From positions 1 to 34,582 of IMG/VR virus record IMGVR_UViG_3300035544_000022: a stretch of 34,582 bases of DNA; one strand, written 5' to 3'. Source of the DNA: a virus. Lineage: Duplodnaviria; Caudoviricetes. The stretch's first letter is position 1; each line of letters begins with the position of its first letter. Below, one piece after another: positions 25,188 to 33,820 of this stretch. The notes beneath the pieces were generated by a model that made no database searches, was not told where the DNA came from, and saw only the letters and a list, made by a program, of their open reading frames with translations. Position numbers and translations under genes: made by a program.

Positions 25188-25371
25188 CGAAATGTACAGC
25201 CGATTGAAAATAAGGTTAGACAGTTGCAACAACGTTGAACGATTAGAAACGTTTGAGAGCGACTTAGTAGAGTTAAGTAGAATCACAAGAGGGAACGTCA
25301 GAAACATCATCATAAGCTTTCTAATGGACGTACAAACGAAGATGGAGGAGATGGAATCATGGGAACGATAA
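25180..25371 (+). CDS. Hypothetical protein
   Basis: Coupled ORF. Confidence 0.65.
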   Translation: MNSEMYSRLKIRLDSCNNVERLETFESDLVELSRITRGNVRNIIISFLMDVQTKMEEMESWER

Positions 25372-25571
25372 AGTATAGAAATACAGAATACACAGTTAAC
25401 GACTCGTGGGAGAGAAACGGTGTTGTTTCAATAAAGGCGTATAAGATATTCGATTGGGGATTTGGTGTGCTAGAAGTGTTTTATGCGGATGAATATATAA
25501 ACTATAATGAAAACAAAATGACAGCTAGCGACATTGAATACTTTATTTTAAAAAGAGGTGAACAACAATGA
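25359..25571 (+). CDS. Hypothetical protein
   Basis: Coupled ORF with GGAG RBS. Confidence 0.65.
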   Translation: MGTIKYRNTEYTVNDSWERNGVVSIKAYKIFDWGFGVLEVFYADEYINYNENKMTASDIEYFILKRGEQQ

Positions 25572-25717
25572 GATGTGAACAATGCCGAACAGTGTTTGAA
25601 CAAGGAGAAACTTATATCGAATTCGACAACGACAGAACTTTCTGCGATACGGAGTGTTTTATCGAATGGAATAAAGAGATTGGCTTAGTTGAAAAGGTGG
25701 TGGACGAGGATGAGTGA
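25568..25717 (+). CDS. Small zinc-finger protein (49 aa, not in ORF track)
   Basis: MRCEQC...FCDTEC; GAGGTG RBS; ATGA overlap. Confidence 0.7.
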   Translation: MRCEQCRTVFEQGETYIEFDNDRTFCDTECFIEWNKEIGLVEKVVDEDE

Positions 25718-25812
25718 GTATCCTTTCCCTAATCACCCAACATCCGAAGAAGAAGCGGAACGAGTAGAACAACTTATGAAAGACGAACAAATAACAAAGG
25801 AGATGGGACAAT

Positions 25813-26388
25813 ATGAACGTAACGCAAAAACTAATTAAGGTACAGAATGAACTGAAAGCGCCAAAAGGGAACTACAACTCTTTTGGTAAATACAAATATC
25901 GTAGCGCTGAAGATATATTAGAAGCAGTAAAGCCTTTAAACGCTGATAACGGGCTTTTACTAACATTATCTGATAAACCTACCCTCATTGGTGAATGGCA
26001 CTACATCGAAGCGACAGCGACGATAACGGACGGTGAAACGTCGTTGAGTGTTACAGCTTATGCCCGTGAATCATTAAATAAAAAAGGTATGGACGAATCA
26101 CAAATAACAGGTACAGCATCATCATATGCACGCAAATATGCTCTAAACGGTCTTTACTTGATTGACGATACAAAAGATGCTGACACTGACGAATATCAAC
26201 AACAAACGAATCAAGAACAAGCGTCTAAAAAAGCAAGTGACAAGCAACTTGATTTAATCACAAAGTTATTAAAAGGTGATAACGATCGTTTAAACAAAAT
26301 GCTAGAGTATTACAAAGTAAAAGACTTAACTCAACTAAGCGCAGCGCAAGCATCAGCAACAATTAAAAAACTACAAGGGCAGTCTTAA
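25813..26388 (+). CDS. ERF-family single-strand annealing recombinase
   Basis: KAPKGNYNSFGKYKYRSAEDILEAVKP...QITGTASSYARKYALNGL...DDTKDAD. Confidence 0.93.
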   Translation: MNVTQKLIKVQNELKAPKGNYNSFGKYKYRSAEDILEAVKPLNADNGLLLTLSDKPTLIGEWHYIEATATITDGETSLSVTAYARESLNKKGMDESQITGTASSYARKYALNGLYLIDDTKDADTDEYQQQTNQEQASKKASDKQLDLITKLLKGDNDRLNKMLEYYKVKDLTQLSAAQASATIKKLQGQS

Positions 26389-26412
26389 CCGATTGCCCGA
26401 AAGGGGTATAAT

Positions 26413-26886
26413 ATGAACTTATATGAACTTAGTGAGAAATATGCACAAATACAAGATATGATTGAATCAGGACACGATGGACTAGACGACACGTTAGAAT
26501 CACTTGAAGATGCGATCGATGACAAGTTAATCGGTTACGCTAGCATCATCAGAAACTTAGAAGCGGACGTCAAAGCAATAAAAGAAGAAAAATCACGACT
26601 AAGCGACAAGCAACGAACATTGGAAAACAGTATCACACGTTTAAAGAACAACGTAGAAATCAATTTAAGAGCCACTGACAAGCGAAAGTATAAGGCAGGA
26701 CTATTTACATTCAGTCTAGCTAAAAACCCGCCACACGCCGTTATTTTGGACGATAAAGCTATTCCTAAGCAATATTATATCGAGCAAGAACCAACGTTAG
26801 ACAAAAAGACGTTGCTCAACGACTTAAAAAATGGCGATGTTCCCGGTGCGGAATTACAACAGTCTGAAAGTTTAAGAATTAAATAG
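26413..26886 (+). CDS. Siphovirus Gp157-family protein
   Basis: MNLYELS...DTLESLE...FSLAKNPP...GAELQQSESLRIK. Confidence 0.92.
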   Translation: MNLYELSEKYAQIQDMIESGHDGLDDTLESLEDAIDDKLIGYASIIRNLEADVKAIKEEKSRLSDKQRTLENSITRLKNNVEINLRATDKRKYKAGLFTFSLAKNPPHAVILDDKAIPKQYYIEQEPTLDKKTLLNDLKNGDVPGAELQQSESLRIK

Positions 26887-26921
26887 AAATAAAAATAAGA
26901 AATAAAATAGGAGGAATAAAC

Positions 26922-27017
26922 ATGATTGCATGGATTGCACTATCTATTGTTACGTTAGCAATGATTTCACAGTTACCTAAAGCGATTAAATTTCAAGATG
27001 AATTGGAGGAAGAATAA
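26922..27017 (+). CDS. Small hydrophobic peptide (31 aa, not in ORF track)
   Basis: AGGAGG RBS; MIAWIALSIVTLAMISQLPK... Confidence 0.55.
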   Translation: MIAWIALSIVTLAMISQLPKAIKFQDELEEE

Positions 27018-27166
27018 TGCTATTTATATTTCAAGTGTTGCTATTGTTTTCAATGTTTGTTTTCTTAGTCGGATCGTATTCAAAAGGTGAATTTAGCAAT
27101 AAGGTTCCATTGATTATGTTTATATTCACTTCTATACTGTTTTTATTTACAGTGGTTGTCTTATGA
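27017..27166 (+). CDS. Small two-TM membrane protein (49 aa, not in ORF track)
   Basis: GGAGG RBS; TAATG and ATGA coupling at the two ends. Confidence 0.6.
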   Translation: MLFIFQVLLLFSMFVFLVGSYSKGEFSNKVPLIMFIFTSILFLFTVVVL

Positions 27167-27474
27167 TGGTGCCTAAACCAAATCACAACAGACGAGTGCC
27201 AAAACGTGGCGATCGTTCTAAGTTTAGCAAACAAACACGTCATCAAGTATATGAGCGAGAGAACGGCTTATGTCAGAATTGTGGTGGTCGTGGTAGTGAG
27301 GTTCACCATGTTTTTCCAAGAAGCCGTTCCGGTCGCAACGTCATCACAAACGCACTTCTACTATGCGATACATGTCACAGACTTATTCATAAAGAGAATG
27401 CGCTTATGGATTTTTGGATTGACAAGTATACGGATATTTACGGTGAGAAGTTTTGGCATGATGAATACGATTGA
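27163..27474 (+). CDS. HNH endonuclease
   Basis: CQNCG...EVHHV...N...LLCDTCHRLIH. Confidence 0.9.
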   Translation: MMVPKPNHNRRVPKRGDRSKFSKQTRHQVYERENGLCQNCGGRGSEVHHVFPRSRSGRNVITNALLLCDTCHRLIHKENALMDFWIDKYTDIYGEKFWHDEYD

Positions 27475-27501
27475 AGTTAGCTATATGCTAGCTTCTTTTT
27501 T
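27473..27501 (+). terminator. Intrinsic terminator
   Basis: GAAGTTAGC-tatat-GCTAGCTTC-T run. Confidence 0.7.
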
Positions 27502-27538
27502 ATGTAACAAGGTGTGACATTTTTGTAACAAGTAACGG

Positions 27539-27567
27539 TTGTATTATTGTAATAGTCATGATATGAT
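27539..27567 (+). promoter_or_regulatory. sigma-A promoter
   Basis: TTGTAT-17 nt-TATGAT with TG. Confidence 0.6.
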
Positions 27568-27598
27568 TAATACAAGATAAAGAAAAGAGGTGAGCAAC

Positions 27599-27748
27599 GT
27601 GGAGAATATCGTTATAAGAATTGACGCAGAAACGAAGAAGAAGTTAAAACTTTATGCTATCGAGATAGACAAAAACATGACGGACGTTATCAAGTTTTTA
27701 ATCAATCAAGAATTAACACAAAAAACAATGACAAAGGAGAATGAATAA
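27599..27748 (+). CDS. Ribbon-helix-helix-like protein (49 aa, not in ORF track)
   Basis: NIVIRID-AETKKKLKLYA-...-NMTDVIKFLI; GAGGTG RBS with GTG start. Confidence 0.7.
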   Translation: MENIVIRIDAETKKKLKLYAIEIDKNMTDVIKFLINQELTQKTMTKENE

Positions 27749-28443
27749 TGAATCAGTTAACAAAAGTGTTTGAAGAACAAAATTTAACAATTATCAATGT
27801 AGGTGGAGAACCTAAGTTTTTATTGAAAGATGTTTGTGACATTTTGGGGTTAGGGAACTCAAGACAAGTTAGAACTAGATTAGAAGATGACGTCATTACC
27901 AATGACATCATCACTGATAATTTAGGTAGAGAGCAACAAGCAACGTTTGTAAATGAAGATGGCCTTTATGACGTAATTCTTGACAGTCGTAAACCGGAAG
28001 CTAAAAAATTTAGAAAATGGATCACTAGCGAAGTTTTACCATCAATCAGAAAAACAGGCGGTTATAAAGTTGACCCAACCGAATTATTACTAGAAACAGC
28101 ATTAGAACAACGTCGAGAGATTAAAGTTATTAAAGACGATGTTAGCATGTTAAAAGGGACGATGAGAGTGTCGTCGTTAGAACAACAAGAGTTAAGAGAT
28201 GCGGTTAATAGAACAGTTGTAAGAGAGTTAGGTGGAAAAGAATCACCTGCATATAAAAACATTAGCAGAGTAACTTTTTCATCGTTTTGGAAAGAGTTTA
28301 AACAATACTTTCACGTACCACGTTACGGTGATTTACCAACAGTCAAATTTAAAGACGGGTTAAGCTTCGCGGAAAATTGGAAACCTAACACGCCTTTACA
28401 AATGGATATTAACTCTTATAACGATCAATCACAATTATTATAA
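27748..28443 (+). CDS. BRO-N / ORF6C antirepressor-like protein
   Basis: KDVCDILGL...VNEDGLYDVILDSRKPEAKKFRKWITSEVLPSIRKTGGY; C-terminal FKQYFHVPRYGDL. Confidence 0.92.
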   Translation: MNQLTKVFEEQNLTIINVGGEPKFLLKDVCDILGLGNSRQVRTRLEDDVITNDIITDNLGREQQATFVNEDGLYDVILDSRKPEAKKFRKWITSEVLPSIRKTGGYKVDPTELLLETALEQRREIKVIKDDVSMLKGTMRVSSLEQQELRDAVNRTVVRELGGKESPAYKNISRVTFSSFWKEFKQYFHVPRYGDLPTVKFKDGLSFAENWKPNTPLQMDINSYNDQSQLL

Positions 28444-28527
28444 GAAAAAGAAGCGGATAACACCGCTTCCCACGTTGTTTTGGACAACTTATTTGAATAC
28501 TATTATAACACAAAAGGAGAATGAATA

Positions 28528-28731
28528 GTGATTGATGAGGAATTGATTTCTAAAACGGTTTTAGCCACTAGTAAAATGGATGGGGTAGTAGTTGAAGTTT
28601 TTTATAAATACGGTGAGGTTGTTCAGTTATCTGTCTATGACAAATTTGGCGGAGTTAAAATAAATTCAATTGAAGATTTACATGGTTTTATGAGTGATTA
28701 TCCAGATGAGAATAGGAATAAAAATGATTAA
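28528..28731 (+). CDS. Hypothetical protein
   Basis: AAGGAG RBS; ORF track. Confidence 0.6.
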   Translation: MIDEELISKTVLATSKMDGVVVEVFYKYGEVVQLSVYDKFGGVKINSIEDLHGFMSDYPDENRNKND

Positions 28732-28746
28732 AAGGTTGGTGAAAGT

Positions 28747-28971
28747 ATGAATTTAGAAGAAAAACGCATACAAAAACGCAGAGGAGAAACGCCAAAACAA
28801 ACTTTAGAATCTGTTTTAAATGAATCTAATGACATTAAGGAAATCGTTATTTCATATGTAGATAGTGACGGTTATGCTCACGCAAGAGTTTCTATCGATA
28901 GTGTTTTTAAAACGATAGGAATGTTAGAAATAAGTAAGCAACAATTAATTTTGGAATCGGAAGTGGAATAA
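28747..28971 (+). CDS. Hypothetical phage protein
   Basis: ORF track; ...IGMLEISK C-terminal motif. Confidence 0.7.
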   Translation: MNLEEKRIQKRRGETPKQTLESVLNESNDIKEIVISYVDSDGYAHARVSIDSVFKTIGMLEISKQQLILESEVE

Positions 28972-29142
28972 ATGAAAGAATACGCATTATATAAAGGTGA
29001 CGATCTAATCGGTATCGGCACAATAAAAGAGTTAGCAGAGTTAACTAACGTAAAAGAAGATACGATAAAATTTTACGGCATGCCTGCACATATAAAACGT
29101 AAGAAAACAAATAACTTTAAAATACTAGTAAAACTTGAGTAG
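28972..29142 (+). CDS. Small phage HTH-like protein (56 aa, not in ORF track)
   Basis: MKEYALYKGDDLIGIGTIKELAELTNVKEDTIKFY. Confidence 0.75.
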   Translation: MKEYALYKGDDLIGIGTIKELAELTNVKEDTIKFYGMPAHIKRKKTNNFKILVKLE

Positions 29143-29160
29143 CTTAGCGGCTACTCTTTC
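29137..29160 (+). terminator. Intrinsic terminator
   Basis: GAGTAGC-ttagcg-GCTACTC-TTTC. Confidence 0.6.
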
Positions 29161-29173
29161 TATTAATCTGTTG

Positions 29174-29202
29174 TTGACAAATGTTATGTATTGTTATAAA
29201 AT
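29174..29202 (+). promoter_or_regulatory. sigma-A promoter of replication operon
   Basis: TTGACA-17 nt-TAAAAT. Confidence 0.7.
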
Positions 29203-29225
29203 ATAATCAAAGGAGATGAATAAAA

Positions 29226-29393
29226 ATGATGAACACGAAAGAATTATGTCAGTTTTTAAACGTTGTACCACAAACTTTATGGAGATGGAGGAATCAAGAT
29301 GACGCTATTCCACACATTAAGCATGGTAAAACTATCAGATATGACAAGAACGAAGTTATTCAATGGTTGAAAGAAAAGGAGAAAAAACAATGA
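29226..29393 (+). CDS. Xis/AlpA-like HTH protein (55 aa, not in ORF track)
   Basis: MNTKELCQFLNVVPQTLWRWR...IPHIKHGKTIRYDKNEVIQWL. Confidence 0.8.
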   Translation: MMNTKELCQFLNVVPQTLWRWRNQDDAIPHIKHGKTIRYDKNEVIQWLKEKEKKQ

Positions 29394-30187
29394 ACCATAG
29401 CTTTAATATTGATATTGCTAAAGAATACAGTATTGAAGAAGCAATCATATTAGAAAACATGGCCTTTTGGATAAACAAAAACATGGCGAACAAAAAGAAC
29501 GAGCGTGATGGCCGATATTGGACTTACAACAGTCAATCCGCTTTAACTAAGATATTTCCTTACTGGTCACGATCGCAAATACAGAGAATAATAAAGAAGT
29601 TAGAAACTAACGAATTGATTATAAAAGGTAACTTCAATAAGGCCGGATACGATAAGACAACATGGTACGCTTTAACAGATAAGTCTCTTGAAGCCTACGG
29701 GCTGTTGATTGTGCGAAATCGAACAATGGAGTGTGCGAAATCGAACAATGGAGTGTGCGAAATCGAACAACCTATACCAGTTATAAACGCAGTTATAAAA
29801 GAAGATATAAAAGACCATAATGTCGAGAGTGAACATGAAGAAGAAAAACCCGTACATTCGGCTAAAGCCGAACAAATCCCTTATAAAGAAATTGTAGAAT
29901 ATCTTAACAGTAAGACTAATAAAAGATTTAACTACAAATCAAATAAGACTAGAGATTTAATTAAAGCTAGATATAATGAGGGATACCTTGTAAACGATTT
30001 TAAAAAAGTAATAGATTACAAATGTAAAGAGTGGTTAAATAATAATACAATGAACAAATACTTAAGACCAGCAACGTTATTTAGTAACAAGTTTGACAAT
30101 TATATAAATGAAGTACCAAAAGAAAGAAAAGAAAAAAGTTCCGCTAAAAAAGAAAAGAAAGAAAGTTTACTAGACGAATTATTCTAA
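29390..30187 (+). CDS. Replisome organiser / replication initiator
   Basis: HSFNIDIA...DGRYWTYNS...DKTTWY N-domain; IPYKEIVEYLN...KYLRPATLF...KFDNY C-domain; internal iterons; ATG at 29390 has RBS and ATGA overlap. Confidence 0.9.
   Translation: MNHSFNIDIAKEYSIEEAIILENMAFWINKNMANKKNERDGRYWTYNSQSALTKIFPYWSRSQIQRIIKKLETNELIIKGNFNKAGYDKTTWYALTDKSLEAYGLLIVRNRTMECAKSNNGVCEIEQPIPVINAVIKEDIKDHNVESEHEEEKPVHSAKAEQIPYKEIVEYLNSKTNKRFNYKSNKTRDLIKARYNEGYLVNDFKKVIDYKCKEWLNNNTMNKYLRPATLFSNKFDNYINEVPKERKEKSSAKKEKKESLLDELF
29710..29770 (+). repeat. Iterons of the probable replication origin (22-bp unit, about 2.8 copies)
   Basis: TGTGCGAAATCGAACAATGGAG twice plus a 17-bp third copy, inside the initiator linker. 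Confidence 0.85.
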
Positions 30188-30200
30188 AGGAGATGTTTAA

Positions 30201-31421
30201 GTGGAATCACAAGTTATAGGTTGCATACTACAAGAGAACACACTAGCGAAAGATACAATACTGCAAGAGAAACACTTTTCAGATATGAACACACGTATTA
30301 TATTTAAAGAGTGCGTAAAACTAGCGAACGAGGGTAAAGCTATTGACCAAGTGAGTTTACTAGATGGCTTGTTTGAAAAAGTACCAGACGACGTTATAAA
30401 CGAAATAGCGACGTTTGAATTTAAAGCAAAGCTAGAAAACTTTGATACGTATGAAAAACAAATCATAGATAAGTATAAGAAACGTGAATCGAAGCGGATT
30501 GTTCATAAACATTTAGCTGATGATGAATTAGATCGCGCAGCGCTTATAAAAGAGTTAAATGACTTAGAGAAAGAAAGCAAGATGGAAGATGGCGAACTTA
30601 CTCACGTCTATCAACACATGATTACTAAACTGTATGAGGAACGTCAAGACATTAACGGGTTTAAGACAGGACTAAGAGAGTTAGACAGATTAACAGACAA
30701 GTCAACTGATGGAGAATTAATTATTGTGGCTGGGCGTCCGTCGATGGGTAAGACAGGATTTCTTATTAAGCTTGTAGACAGTGCGATTGAAGATGATTAC
30801 ATACCGATCGTGTTTAGTCTTGAGATGCTAAAAGGACAGTTATCAGCTAGATTGGTAGCGCAAAAAGCATTAATTAATTCAAAGGCAGTGAAATATCCGC
30901 AGTTATTAGGTGATAACGTTGAAAAGTATAACGAAACTGTTAATCATTATTACAAGAAAGAACACTATATCTTTGATAAGCTAAAATCATTAGATGAGAT
31001 GAAAGTAGCTATCAGACGTATCGCGAGCAAGTCAGATAAGCCGATAGCAATATTTATTGATTACTTACAGCTTATGAAGTCAGTCAGCAGAAAAGAACGT
31101 GAGGACTTGCGTATTGCTGAAATAACGGGAGAACTAAAGTCAATGGCGTTGGACTACATGTGTCCGATCGTTTTACTATCACAATTAAATCGTGGCGTAG
31201 AACAAAGACAAGACAAACGACCGGTCATGTCAGATTTACGCGATGCGGGCTCGATTGAGCAAGACGCTGACAAAATTTTACTTTTATACCGTGACGATTA
31301 TTACAACCGCGACCAAGAACCGACTAACGAACTTGATATAATTGTCGCTAAGAACCGAGAGGGTCAAGTTGGAACTGCAACAGTAAGATATTACTTAGAA
31401 ACAGGAGCGATGAAGAATTGA
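30201..31421 (+). CDS. dnaB: DnaB-like replicative helicase
   Basis: AGRPSMGKT, FSLEM, IDYLQL, LSQLNRGVEQRQDKRP, DLRDAGSIEQDAD, AKNREG. Confidence 0.96.
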   Translation: MESQVIGCILQENTLAKDTILQEKHFSDMNTRIIFKECVKLANEGKAIDQVSLLDGLFEKVPDDVINEIATFEFKAKLENFDTYEKQIIDKYKKRESKRIVHKHLADDELDRAALIKELNDLEKESKMEDGELTHVYQHMITKLYEERQDINGFKTGLRELDRLTDKSTDGELIIVAGRPSMGKTGFLIKLVDSAIEDDYIPIVFSLEMLKGQLSARLVAQKALINSKAVKYPQLLGDNVEKYNETVNHYYKKEHYIFDKLKSLDEMKVAIRRIASKSDKPIAIFIDYLQLMKSVSRKEREDLRIAEITGELKSMALDYMCPIVLLSQLNRGVEQRQDKRPVMSDLRDAGSIEQDADKILLLYRDDYYNRDQEPTNELDIIVAKNREGQVGTATVRYYLETGAMKN

Positions 31422-31840
31422 CATTAGGCGAACTATACTTAGAAGCAAAGAAACATAATCAACTTGAATTAGAAGTGTTGATACACTTTTTAATAAGCAA
31501 TAAACATCAATCATTCCAAGACGACGTGTCAGAGCTTAATAAATACTTCGCAGAACGTCATAAAGAGAAGATTAATGTAATTATTCATGACGAGTTAAAA
31601 ACACGCTCACGAGCGTTTAAAACGTATCTGATAGACGATAAGATAATAGCGCGATCACAAACGTTATCAGACTTACAATACAGTCTATCCAAACACAAAG
31701 TAAAATATAAAGACATAACTATAATTGATGATGATTTTTATAAAGAAACGTATGTAGAAGATGATGACGGGAATTTTAGAATAAAATCAAAAAAAATAAA
31801 TTTACCAAACAAACTAACTTTATTAGGATATATTAAATAA
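31418..31840 (+). CDS. Hypothetical protein
   Basis: TTGA overlap with helicase gene. Confidence 0.7.
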   Translation: MTLGELYLEAKKHNQLELEVLIHFLISNKHQSFQDDVSELNKYFAERHKEKINVIIHDELKTRSRAFKTYLIDDKIIARSQTLSDLQYSLSKHKVKYKDITIIDDDFYKETYVEDDDGNFRIKSKKINLPNKLTLLGYIK

Positions 31841-31895
31841 AATCGTTTAATATATAATGTAATTATGATATAATATAATCAAAGGGGGTTACAAC

Positions 31896-32057
31896 ATGAG
31901 GACTAAGCAAACACACACGTTTTACATGTCGGACGATACAAAACAAAAGTTGAAACAACTATCAAAAGAAACAAGAATAAGCATGAGCGAACTATTAGAA
32001 AAAGCAGTCGTAAAACTATATACAGAGATGAAAGAAAATAAAACAAATGGAGAGTGA
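31896..32057 (+). CDS. Ribbon-helix-helix-like protein (53 aa, not in ORF track)
   Basis: THTFYMS-DDTKQKLKQLSKETRISMSELLEKAV; TG-A-TATAAT at 31866-31874 and AAGGGGG RBS. Confidence 0.78.
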   Translation: MRTKQTHTFYMSDDTKQKLKQLSKETRISMSELLEKAVVKLYTEMKENKTNGE

Positions 32058-32476
32058 AGATAATGACTGAAAAAGTAAAAGTGCCAAAATGGTTTGATGG
32101 ATGGTATAAGAGTTTTGGAGGAAATGAATCTTATGTATACGCGAAATTCTATTTCTTATCTAGAGTTGGTTTTGGTTATGGATTGCAAGGATTTGGAGAA
32201 ACAGAAAATAAATTCGTTAATGACAAACAAATAACCAGCTACGTCAATACTCACAAAGAAGAATTAATCAGAGCAATTTTAGACGGTTATGAAGTAGAGC
32301 CGGAATATATTGAAATTACGCCGGTTGAAGCTTATGAAAGATATTACAATGACGAATACTTTTTTAGAAGTGATGAAACCACAAAAGGATATGACATCGC
32401 TACACTGCAAGACTTTATTCCTTACCAAATCAAAAGATACAATATTAAATTTTACATCAAAAAGGAGAATGAATAA
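32054..32476 (+). CDS. Hypothetical phage protein (DUF1642-like)
   Basis: EKVKVPKWFDGW...RAILDGYEVE. Confidence 0.7.
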   Translation: MKIMTEKVKVPKWFDGWYKSFGGNESYVYAKFYFLSRVGFGYGLQGFGETENKFVNDKQITSYVNTHKEELIRAILDGYEVEPEYIEITPVEAYERYYNDEYFFRSDETTKGYDIATLQDFIPYQIKRYNIKFYIKKENE

Positions 32477-32877
32477 TGATTAACAGTAGCACAATTGTAG
32501 GAAGATTAACACGCGATCCAGATTTAAGATACAGCCAAGCAGGTAAAGCGGTATGCAACTTTACGTTAGCGACTAACAGACCATTTAAAAATGCACAAGG
32601 TGAGAATGAAGCTGATTTTATTAAATGTTTAACTTTTGGTAAGCAAGCGGAGAATCTAGCAAATTATATGCGAAAAGGTAGTTTGGTTGGCGTTGAGGGA
32701 CGAATTCAAACAAGAAGCTACACAAATAAGGATGGCAATAAAGTTTATACGACAGAGGTTGTAGCTAATCAAGTTTCATTCTTAGATAACAAGAAAGACA
32801 ATCAACAACAAAAACCACAAAACAATCAATCACAAATGGAACCGATCGACATCGATGATAGTCAACTTCCGTTCTAA
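32476..32877 (+). CDS. ssb: Single-stranded DNA-binding protein
   Basis: VGRLTRDPDLRY...VEGRIQTRSY...DIDDSQLPF. Confidence 0.96.
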   Translation: MINSSTIVGRLTRDPDLRYSQAGKAVCNFTLATNRPFKNAQGENEADFIKCLTFGKQAENLANYMRKGSLVGVEGRIQTRSYTNKDGNKVYTTEVVANQVSFLDNKKDNQQQKPQNNQSQMEPIDIDDSQLPF

Positions 32878-32898
32878 GCAGGGTAAAACCTGCTTTTT
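32876..32898 (+). terminator. Intrinsic terminator
   Basis: AAGCAGG-gtaaaa-CCTGCTT-TTT. Confidence 0.75.
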
Positions 32899-32910
32899 AC
32901 TAAATAATTA

Positions 32911-32938
32911 TTGACATATGTTACAACAGTGTTATAAT
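32911..32938 (+). promoter_or_regulatory. sigma-A promoter
   Basis: TTGACA-16 nt-TATAAT with TG. Confidence 0.75.
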
Positions 32939-32959
32939 AAAGGTGGCAAAACAAAGGAG

Positions 32960-33145
32960 ATGGATAATGTGATAGAAGATTTGAAACCGTGGGAAGCTGT
33001 TAAGTTTGAATGGGGTGGCGGTGTTAGACATCGTAAAGGTAAATGGCAAACGATTTTTTTAAAAGACGGTCAAGAAATAGACGTAAGTGAAATGAACGTA
33101 ATTTTACATGATAACGGAATCGAATTTTATAAGGAGATGAAATAA
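32960..33145 (+). CDS. Hypothetical protein
   Basis: AAAGGAG RBS; start at 32960 or 32969 rather than 32918, which lies inside the promoter. Confidence 0.65.
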   Translation: MDNVIEDLKPWEAVKFEWGGGVRHRKGKWQTIFLKDGQEIDVSEMNVILHDNGIEFYKEMK

Positions 33146-33282
33146 TGGAAGAACGTATTACAATCAGAGTGAGCAAAGAAGAAAAAGAACGCTTATTCAA
33201 AATATCGAAACAGTTAGGTATACCGCTAAGTAGCTTGATTAAAATGGCGCTACACGAATTTATTACTGAAAAGAGGTTATAG
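33145..33282 (+). CDS. Ribbon-helix-helix-like protein (45 aa, not in ORF track)
   Basis: ERITIRVS-KEEKERLFKISKQLGIPLSSLIKMALHEF. Confidence 0.78.
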   Translation: MEERITIRVSKEEKERLFKISKQLGIPLSSLIKMALHEFITEKRL

Positions 33283-33283
33283 T

Positions 33284-33400
33284 ATGGATCGTGAATCTTT
33301 AATTGAGCAACTAGCGTTAGTTACAGGGTATAACAAATCGGCTTATGAAAAGATGACTGATGAGGAACTAAAAAAAGAAATGAAGCGGTTATATGGTTGA
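33284..33400 (+). CDS. Small protein resembling BH0509 family (38 aa, not in ORF track)
   Basis: MDRESLIEQLALVTGYNKSAYEKMTDEELKKE; GAGG RBS. Confidence 0.6.
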   Translation: MDRESLIEQLALVTGYNKSAYEKMTDEELKKEMKRLYG

Positions 33401-33722
33401 GATGAAAAGCGTCATCGAAATGATGATGGAAACATCACGACGTATCGATAAAGCGACGAGAGTACTGCATACGTTGGCTAAAGATAAAGCGGAGGCCCAA
33501 CATAACTACGTTATTAAAAAAGCGCAGGAAACGCTTATTTTAAAGCAGGAGGGAATGAGTGTCACGCTTATACAGGATATTGTAAAAGGAAAGTGTGCTG
33601 ACGAGTTATTAGAGCGTGACAGAACAGAAGAAGTGTTTAAAGCTAGTATAGAGAGTTTGAGAGCAATGCAATCACAACTAAGCGCGTTGCAAAGCATTAG
33701 TAAGTATCAGAGCGAGGTGTAA
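33393..33722 (+). CDS. Helical phage protein
   Basis: ORF track; GMSVTLIQDIVKG motif. Confidence 0.8.
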   Translation: MVEMKSVIEMMMETSRRIDKATRVLHTLAKDKAEAQHNYVIKKAQETLILKQEGMSVTLIQDIVKGKCADELLERDRTEEVFKASIESLRAMQSQLSALQSISKYQSEV

Positions 33723-33820
33723 CATGTTTGGCGCATTAATTATATTGAGTATTGTATCAATCGGATCAACAGCTATTGTAAGTATATTAAACTACTATTT
33801 AGCAAAGGAGATGTCAGAAC

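Noticed and set aside
29710-29770. Mini CRISPR array
   Set aside because: Repeats are directly tandem without spacers and lie inside the initiator gene.
1239-33697. Minus-strand and nested ORFs in the track (e.g. 7490-8065, 17877-18392, 20764-21210)
   Set aside because: Shadows of well-supported + strand genes, without RBSs or recognisable motifs.
33393-33722. 109-aa helical ORF as a remote Avd
   Set aside because: Size fits, but it lies 10 kb away among middle genes and I see no Avd-like motif; only a profile search could revive it.
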